Source: Alphaproteobacteria bacterium 46_93_T64
GTDB taxonomy: Bacteria > Pseudomonadota > Alphaproteobacteria > Sneathiellales > Sneathiellaceae
Direction of reading: 5' to 3'
DNA length: 64,000 bases
NCBI GenBank assembly: GCA_002163135.1
Contig: MAAN01000020.1
Location: 9,250-73,249 of the forward strand
Of this stretch, positions 58,341 through 64,000 are shown piece after piece. Positions within the stretch are counted from its first letter, which is position 1. Each line of letters starts with the position of its first letter. The notes below the pieces were generated by a model, which had not been told where the DNA came from, ran no database searches, and worked only from the letters and a program-made list of their open reading frames with translations. The translations under genes and the position numbers were made by a program.

Positions 58341-61004
58341 CTAAAGCTCTGACAACCTATCTGCGGCTTCCTGTAACTTCGCTAGCTTAACTTCAGCTTC
58401 AGCAAGTTTTGCTCGTTCACCCGCGACCACTTGTTCAGGCGCACTGGCAACGAATTTCTCGTTTCCAAGTTTCTTGTTAAGGCCTGTCATATAGCCACCA
58501 AGCTTACCGATTTCTTTTTGAAGTCGAGCTTTTTCAGCATCCAAATCCATCGCGCCTGCCAATGCCAGAGCGACAGTTGCGCCCTCATGGACAAACTGCA
58601 AAGAACCTTTTGGAAGCTCTGCATCCACAGCCTGACTCTCAAGACGTGCGAGGCGAGAAATAACATCCCACTGACGGGTCAAACGATCTTTGTGATTGTC
58701 GGAACCTTCGTTGAAGATAAGCGGAATTTTTGCGCCCGCAGGAACGTTCATTTCGCTTCGAACACCACGGATACCCGTAATCAATCCTTGAACCCATATA
58801 AGTTCAGCATCGGCTTCGGCATCCACCGCATCTTCTGGATAAACTGGCCAATCCGAAATGATCAAATCTGTAGCACGCTCAGCTCCTAAACTTCCCCAAA
58901 GTTCTTCCGTGATAAACGGCATGAACGGATGAAGAATTTTAAGTATCTGATCCAAAACCCAAGCAGATGTTGCCCGTGTTTCCGCCTTAGCCGCGGCATC
59001 ATCACCCTGGAATGGAATTTTCGCCAATTCCAGATACCAGTCACAGAAGACGTTCCATGTGAAGGAATAGATCGCGTTTGACGCATCGTTAAAACGATAG
59101 CCGTCGCGCTTACCTTCTAATGCTTCACGAACTGCAGCTTCGCATTTGGCAACTTCACCAACAATCCAGCGGTTTACAGGCTGTTTTGTGGCGAACGGAT
59201 CAAAGCCTTCTGGAACAGCGCATTCGTTCATTTCGCAGAAACGTGCCGCATTCCAGAGCTTAGTTGTGAAATTACGATAGCCTTCAACGCGTTGTTCGGA
59301 CAAGCGAACATCCCGTCCTTGCGCAGCACTTGCTGACAAGAAGAACCGAAGTGCATCAGCACCATATTCATCAACCAGTTCAAGCGGATCAACAACATTG
59401 CCTTTAGATTTTGACATCTTGGCACCATGTTCATCGCGAACCAAAGCATGGATGTAAACCGTATGGAACGGAGGTTCTTCATCCATAAAGTGCAGACCCA
59501 TCATCATCATCCGGGCAACCCAGAAGAAGATAATATCAAAGCCAGTGATCAATACATCTGTTTGGTAGTATTTATCGAGTTCAGGTGTTTTGTCGGGCCA
59601 GCCAAGAGTTGAGAAAGGCCACAAAGCAGACGAGAACCACGTATCAAGAACATCTTCATCGCGGAAGAGTTCTTCGTCTTTACCGTAATGGGCAAATGCA
59701 GCGGCTTTCGCTTCTTCTTCGGTTTCTTCAACAAAGATGAAACCGTCCGGTCCGAACCACGCCGGGATACGATGCCCCCACCAAAGTTGACGCGAAATAC
59801 ACCAAGGCTGGATATTGCGCATCCAGTCATAGTAGGTGTTGCTCCATTTCGCTGGAACGAATTTTGTGCTGCCATTTTCAACAGCGCGAATAGCAGGTTG
59901 CGCCATAGTTGCCGCATCTGCAAACCACTGGTCCGTAAGGTATGGCTCGATCACAACACCGGAACGATCACCGTAAGGAACCATGTGCGTGTGATCTTCG
60001 ATTTTATTTAAAAGCCCAAGCGCATCAATATCTTCCACGATTTTCTTACGTGCATCAAAACGATCCATTCCACGATATGCTTCAGGAACAGTATCATTCA
60101 GACTGGCATTATCATCCAGAATGTTGATGACTTCCAAACCTGCTCGTTTGCCAACTTCAAAATCATTGAAATCGTGTGCAGGTGTGATTTTCACTGCGCC
60201 GGATCCTTGTTCAGGATCAGCATAATCATCAGCCACAATCGGAATGCGGCGACCAACGATCGGCAGAATTACAAACTTGCCAATCAGGTCTTTATAACGA
60301 TCATCGTCTGGATGAACGGCAACGCCAGTATCGCCCAGCATGGTTTCCGGACGCGTTGTCGCAACCGTAATAAAGCGGCCTTCTTCCCCTTCGATCGGGT
60401 AGTTGAAGTGCCACATATGGCTGTTGACTTCTTTTTGTTCAACTTCCAAATCAGAAATCGCTGTATGGAAATTAGGGTCCCAGTTTACCAAGCGTTTGTC
60501 TCGGTAAATCAAGCCTTCTTTAAAAAGCTGAACAAATACTTTACGAACAGCTTTTGATAGCCCCTCGTCCATGGTGAAACGTTCACGGTCCCAATCACAG
60601 GAGGCGCCAAGACGGTGCAACTGCCCCATGATATCGCCGCCGGACTTTTCTTTCCATTCCCAGATTTTTTCAATGAACTTTTCACGCCCAAGATCATGAC
60701 GGGTAATGCCCTGCTCAGCAAGCTGACGTTCAACAACCATTTGTGTTGCGATGCCAGCATGGTCTGTTCCCGGCTGCCAAAGAACATCTTTGCCACGCAT
60801 ACGTTCAAACCGCACAAGAATATCCTGCAGCGTATTGTTAAGGGCATGCCCCATGTGCAAGTTGCCGGTAACGTTCGGCGGCGGAATTACAATTGTGAAA
60901 GCATCTTCGCTTTCGTTACGCCCACAGGCAAATGCACCTTGCTCCATCCATCGTGAATAGAGCTTTCCTTCGACCTCTTGCGGCCGATAAGATTTGTCCA
61001 GCAT
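58341..61004 (-). CDS. valS: Valyl-tRNA synthetase
   Basis: PPPNVTGNLHMGHAL (HIGH), KMSKSKGN and a C-terminal coiled coil. 887 aa. Confidence 0.97.
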   Translation of the reverse strand: MLDKSYRPQEVEGKLYSRWMEQGAFACGRNESEDAFTIVIPPPNVTGNLHMGHALNNTLQDILVRFERMRGKDVLWQPGTDHAGIATQMVVERQLAEQGITRHDLGREKFIEKIWEWKEKSGGDIMGQLHRLGASCDWDRERFTMDEGLSKAVRKVFVQLFKEGLIYRDKRLVNWDPNFHTAISDLEVEQKEVNSHMWHFNYPIEGEEGRFITVATTRPETMLGDTGVAVHPDDDRYKDLIGKFVILPIVGRRIPIVADDYADPEQGSGAVKITPAHDFNDFEVGKRAGLEVINILDDNASLNDTVPEAYRGMDRFDARKKIVEDIDALGLLNKIEDHTHMVPYGDRSGVVIEPYLTDQWFADAATMAQPAIRAVENGSTKFVPAKWSNTYYDWMRNIQPWCISRQLWWGHRIPAWFGPDGFIFVEETEEEAKAAAFAHYGKDEELFRDEDVLDTWFSSALWPFSTLGWPDKTPELDKYYQTDVLITGFDIIFFWVARMMMMGLHFMDEEPPFHTVYIHALVRDEHGAKMSKSKGNVVDPLELVDEYGADALRFFLSASAAQGRDVRLSEQRVEGYRNFTTKLWNAARFCEMNECAVPEGFDPFATKQPVNRWIVGEVAKCEAAVREALEGKRDGYRFNDASNAIYSFTWNVFCDWYLELAKIPFQGDDAAAKAETRATSAWVLDQILKILHPFMPFITEELWGSLGAERATDLIISDWPVYPEDAVDAEADAELIWVQGLITGIRGVRSEMNVPAGAKIPLIFNEGSDNHKDRLTRQWDVISRLARLESQAVDAELPKGSLQFVHEGATVALALAGAMDLDAEKARLQKEIGKLGGYMTGLNKKLGNEKFVASAPEQVVAGERAKLAEAEVKLAKLQEAADRLSEL

Positions 61005-61094
61005 CGCTGAATCCCTCTTTATATATAGTTACTAAAATTGGTTAAGTGGCCGCCACGCGACCGGATATAGATCGGCTCGCGATCTGACAGACAC

Positions 61095-61778
61095 CTACTC
61101 TTCGTCGTCCGCCCGATCAGCGAGCTTGCTCACCTCGCGCTCCACAATCCGTTGCACAATACTGGCAAGATTTTCGTCTAACCATTCTTTCAACATTGGA
61201 CGTAAAAGATCACGAACTAATTCTTCTAATGTTGCAGCTGAATTTCCCATTGGCATACCGCGGGATGCAGATACCGCACCAGCAAGGTTTGCAAACGAAC
61301 TCGTCGCAGCCTCAACAGTCGGGTCATTAAGCAAACTATCCAGTTGTTTCTGATCCGCTGGCTCCGCTACAATCACAGGCTCAGGCATTGGTTCTGGTTC
61401 AGGCTCTGGTTCAGGCATTGGCTCTGGCTCTGGTTCAGGCTCTGGAGTTGGAACTGGATCAAACGAGATGTCTTCAAGATCAGGCTCGGGAGCAGGTTCT
61501 GGCTCAGATGGCACTTCCATCTCAGCCTCAAGAACCATCTCTTCTTCCTCTGCGACTTCTTCTGTCAACTCCAGAATGTCGTCTTCAGGTTCTGCTTCCG
61601 GAGTTGGCTCTGGTTCAGGCGCAGGTTCTGCTGCGGCTTCCGGTTCAGCAGCGACTTCTTCAGCTGCCTCAGCGTTCTCGCCGCCTTCTTCTTCGTCACC
61701 ATCTTCGGAAATAATACGACGAATGGAAGCAAGGATTTCTTCCATTGTCGGTTCTTGTTCTGCTTTTGGGTCACTCAT
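61095..61778 (-). CDS. popZ: Polar organizing protein PopZ (DUF2497 family)
   Basis: N-terminal helix TMEEILASIRRIISEDG, a long Pro/Glu/Ala acidic linker and the conserved C-terminal block LEELVRDLLRPMLKEWLDENLASIVQRIVEREV. Located between valS and tolC. Confidence 0.8.
   Translation of the reverse strand: MSDPKAEQEPTMEEILASIRRIISEDGDEEEGGENAEAAEEVAAEPEAAAEPAPEPEPTPEAEPEDDILELTEEVAEEEEMVLEAEMEVPSEPEPAPEPDLEDISFDPVPTPEPEPEPEPMPEPEPEPEPMPEPVIVAEPADQKQLDSLLNDPTVEAATSSFANLAGAVSASRGMPMGNSAATLEELVRDLLRPMLKEWLDENLASIVQRIVEREVSKLADRADDEE
61375..61445 (-). repeat. Coding tandem repeat in the popZ linker
   Basis: TCAGGCATTGG recurs at 61381 and 61411 (30-nt period) within a 6-nt periodic GGTTCA/GGCTCT tract. 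It encodes PEPEPEPEPMPEPEPEPEPMPEP. Confidence 0.7.
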
Positions 61779-61887
61779 CGTCTATTTCACCACCAGAAAT
61801 GGAAGTACATTCATCGAGAACTTAGCGAAGAATGACAGAAAAAACTAGCCCAATACACAAAATTTGGCAGCAATTACAAATCAGTGC

Positions 61888-63252
61888 CTAGTTAAGGCCA
61901 CCATCTGTACCGGACCACTTGTTGCGAACGCGCTTATAATTTGTTTCCGGATCATAATAATCGACGCTCAAAGAAAGCTCTTCCGCCCCCAGATTTCCGA
62001 CTGATGCCAAGACATCATACATAGCTACATATACGTTTCTGCGAGCAGAAACCAAATTCACCTGACTTGTAAGTAATTCTTGTTCCGCATCCAATACATC
62101 CAGTGTTGTCCGAGATCCAACTTGCGCTTCTTGCTCCACACCTTCGAGAGCGATGGTGTTTGCACGAACCTGCTCTTCTGTTGCCGCAATCTGAGCCCGG
62201 GCTGATTCTAGCTGTTCCCACGATTGTGTGACGGCTTCACGAACCAAACGAACGGCAGATTCAATTTCAATTTTTCGTTGGTTATTCAGCTGCCGTGCTT
62301 GACGGACACTACTATAAACCGCACCAGATTGATAAAGTGGAATGGTCAAGGTTGCAGAAATTTCACCTTTTTGCCCCCACTGGCTTTCAGATGACTGATT
62401 GTTAGATTGAGACAATGATCCGTTGACACTTAATGAAGGCAACAATTGGCCTGACGTTGACCGGATCGTATGCTTGGAGCTTTCTTCATTGAATTTTGCA
62501 GACTGAATATCCGGATGATTATTCAGTCCAAGTTCCAAAGCAGATTCAATTGTTTCAGGGAAATCTGCAGGGAGGCCCGGGTAATTTAACTCGCCAGGCT
62601 TCTGTCCAACAATCCGTTCGTAATTAGCTTCGCTAACTTTCAAATTACCGACACCACCAACGAGGTCCGATTTTGCACCAGCCAACCGTGCTTCTGCTTG
62701 CGCAACATCGGTCCGTGTAATTTCACCCACTTCAAAACGATCACTTGCGGCTTCCAGTTGGCGTTCGAGAACACCTACATTGTTTGCGTTAAGATCGACA
62801 ACAGCCTTATCCCGCAAAACGTTCATGTAAGCTGCGACAGTTGATTGAAAGATGCTTTGCTCAACAGATTCAAGTCCGGAGCGGGCCGCTTTCACATTAG
62901 CTTCTGCTGAGGCTGTTTTTGCTGTCGTTTGGCCCCCGCTATACAAAGATTGAGACACAGACAATGCCAAGGACGATGGGTTATATGTCCGGTCGCCACC
63001 TGGCAAGGTAGTCGAACTGTTTTTATTATATTCGGCACCCGCCTCGCCAACCAATGTCACTGTTGGGCGCCATTCAGAGATCGCTTGCGCCACGCCTTCA
63101 TCAACACCACGAACACTTGCTCGCTGCGCTTGCAATGTTGGGTTAGAGTTGTAGGTCAACGCCAAAGCTTCGTTGAGGGACTCAGCGTGCACCGCTGAAA
63201 GTGGTGTCAAAAGAGCCAAAACAGAGGCTACAGACAAGGTAAGGTTTTTCAT
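61888..63252 (-). CDS. tolC: TolC family outer membrane protein
   Basis: Signal peptide ending AVHA, then SLNEALALTYNSNPTLQAQRA, and two repeated alpha/beta-barrel halves. Confidence 0.9.
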   Translation of the reverse strand: MKNLTLSVASVLALLTPLSAVHAESLNEALALTYNSNPTLQAQRASVRGVDEGVAQAISEWRPTVTLVGEAGAEYNKNSSTTLPGGDRTYNPSSLALSVSQSLYSGGQTTAKTASAEANVKAARSGLESVEQSIFQSTVAAYMNVLRDKAVVDLNANNVGVLERQLEAASDRFEVGEITRTDVAQAEARLAGAKSDLVGGVGNLKVSEANYERIVGQKPGELNYPGLPADFPETIESALELGLNNHPDIQSAKFNEESSKHTIRSTSGQLLPSLSVNGSLSQSNNQSSESQWGQKGEISATLTIPLYQSGAVYSSVRQARQLNNQRKIEIESAVRLVREAVTQSWEQLESARAQIAATEEQVRANTIALEGVEQEAQVGSRTTLDVLDAEQELLTSQVNLVSARRNVYVAMYDVLASVGNLGAEELSLSVDYYDPETNYKRVRNKWSGTDGGLN

Positions 63253-63469
63253 AATGCACGCCCTTTATTCGTTATCTTAAAACCAGCTATTAGTGGCTGG
63301 TATCGACTACCGGTTTTGGCAGAGGCATACCTTAGATTACAGTTCGCCCCCAAAAGTCACCGTTTATATTGTTGGTGTGTAAACAATTCACCTTAACATC
63401 ACAAAGAGTTTACGCACCATAACAAACAAATATGTGACCTACATCATACTTTATACTCAAACGAAGACC

Positions 63470-64000
63470 TTAGAAGCTAAAGCCTTCAGAATTTGTCATT
63501 GCTTTCAAAATTGGAACAGATGCATCGAACAGTGAATTTCCGTGCATAATACCATCTTCTTTAATGTACAGTGTCGCAACACCCGGATTGCTTCCGACCA
63601 CACAAATAAGGCGTCCACCTTCATCTAATTGCTCAAACAAGCCCGCAGGCACACTCTCAATAGCACCGTTGATGTGGATGACATTAAACGGACCTTGTTT
63701 CGCATTACCGGCCTGTAATTCACCTTGAACAACTGCTACATTGTCAGCCTCAATTGAAGTCAGAATTTCGCTTGCCAGTTCGCAAAGTTCTTCCTGATTT
63801 TCAACGGCGACAACAGCTTGCACCAGTCTTCCAAGGACCGCAGATGTGTATCCGCGACCGCAAGCGATATCCAGGACAACGTCAGTGTTTTGAACTTTTG
63901 CTGCCTGCAACATTAAGCCAAACACGCGAGGCTCTACCAAATACCGGTCATCTGCCACTTGCAGATCTTCATCCAGATAGGCAACACCGCGCAGATTTTT
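63470..64000 (-). CDS. Protein-L-isoaspartate O-methyltransferase family protein (second paralogue; 5' end outside window)
   Basis: SAM motif VLDIACGRGYTSAVLG. The frame stays open from 63958 to base 64000 (..KNLRGVAYLDEDLQVADDRYL), so the N-terminus lies beyond the window. Confidence 0.85.
   Translation of the reverse strand, partial: KNLRGVAYLDEDLQVADDRYLVEPRVFGLMLQAAKVQNTDVVLDIACGRGYTSAVLGRLVQAVVAVENQEELCELASEILTSIEADNVAVVQGELQAGNAKQGPFNVIHINGAIESVPAGLFEQLDEGGRLICVVGSNPGVATLYIKEDGIMHGNSLFDASVPILKAMTNSEGFSF

Noticed and set aside
61344-61848. Three overlapping plus-strand ORFs (108-163 aa) opposite popZ
   Set aside because: They are antisense readings of the (PE)n repeat tract, with low-complexity W/F/R-, L/Q/A- or S/G/A-rich products. 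popZ on the minus strand has conserved terminal domains.
63276-63301. Hairpin ACCAGC-N8-GCTGGT with a T tract on the minus strand, considered as a terminator of the Pcm-like gene
   Set aside because: The stem is only 6 bp, and it lies 24 nt upstream of the tolC start. That leaves no room for a tolC promoter if it terminated efficiently. It is not convincing as a terminator.

Overview
This 64-kb window reads as core chromosome of a moderate-GC alphaproteobacterium. The lineage call rests on popZ (DUF2497) between valS and tolC, trmFO, a PAS_5 protein, NDUFAF3- and NDUFAF6-like genes, and three synteny blocks: yajC-secD-secF, nlpD-pcm-surE-serS-tatCBA, and (argS-like)-SPOR-nagZ-scpA-scpB. I support about 58 protein-coding genes. 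The first and last are cut by the window edges. I recognised no rRNA, tRNA, transposase, integrase, prophage gene or CRISPR array. Housekeeping genes are ssb, uvrA, trmFO, sodB, secDF/yajC, serS, tatABC, scpAB, nagZ, erpA, xthA, ilvD and valS. Accessory genes include two ABC importers, two acyl-CoA synthetases, a TetR-controlled divergon, a GST, LysR, NUDIX, GNAT and YjbR genes, two PAS histidine kinases and several secreted or lipoproteins of unknown function. I found no clear multi-gene novel system such as a defence island. Four things deserve a second look. (1) A 360-aa ArgRS-shaped protein keeps the N-terminal and anticodon-binding ends but lacks the catalytic core. It sits where argS is normally found and is translationally coupled to the SPOR/nagZ/scpAB genes. 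(2) An imperfect 43-nt direct repeat (35/43 identical) brackets the 3.1-kb hybrid kinase gene, and its second copy carries the LysR start codon. (3) An orphan, apparently AT-richer gene encodes an N-terminal Cys3His motif, several TM helices, a coiled coil and an OmpA-like C-terminus. (4) Several small cis-elements were read directly from the sequence: paired TetR-type palindromes, a three-arm inverted repeat upstream of an ABC operon, and an intra-operon terminator. All functional calls come from motif and family recognition by eye. No searches were run.
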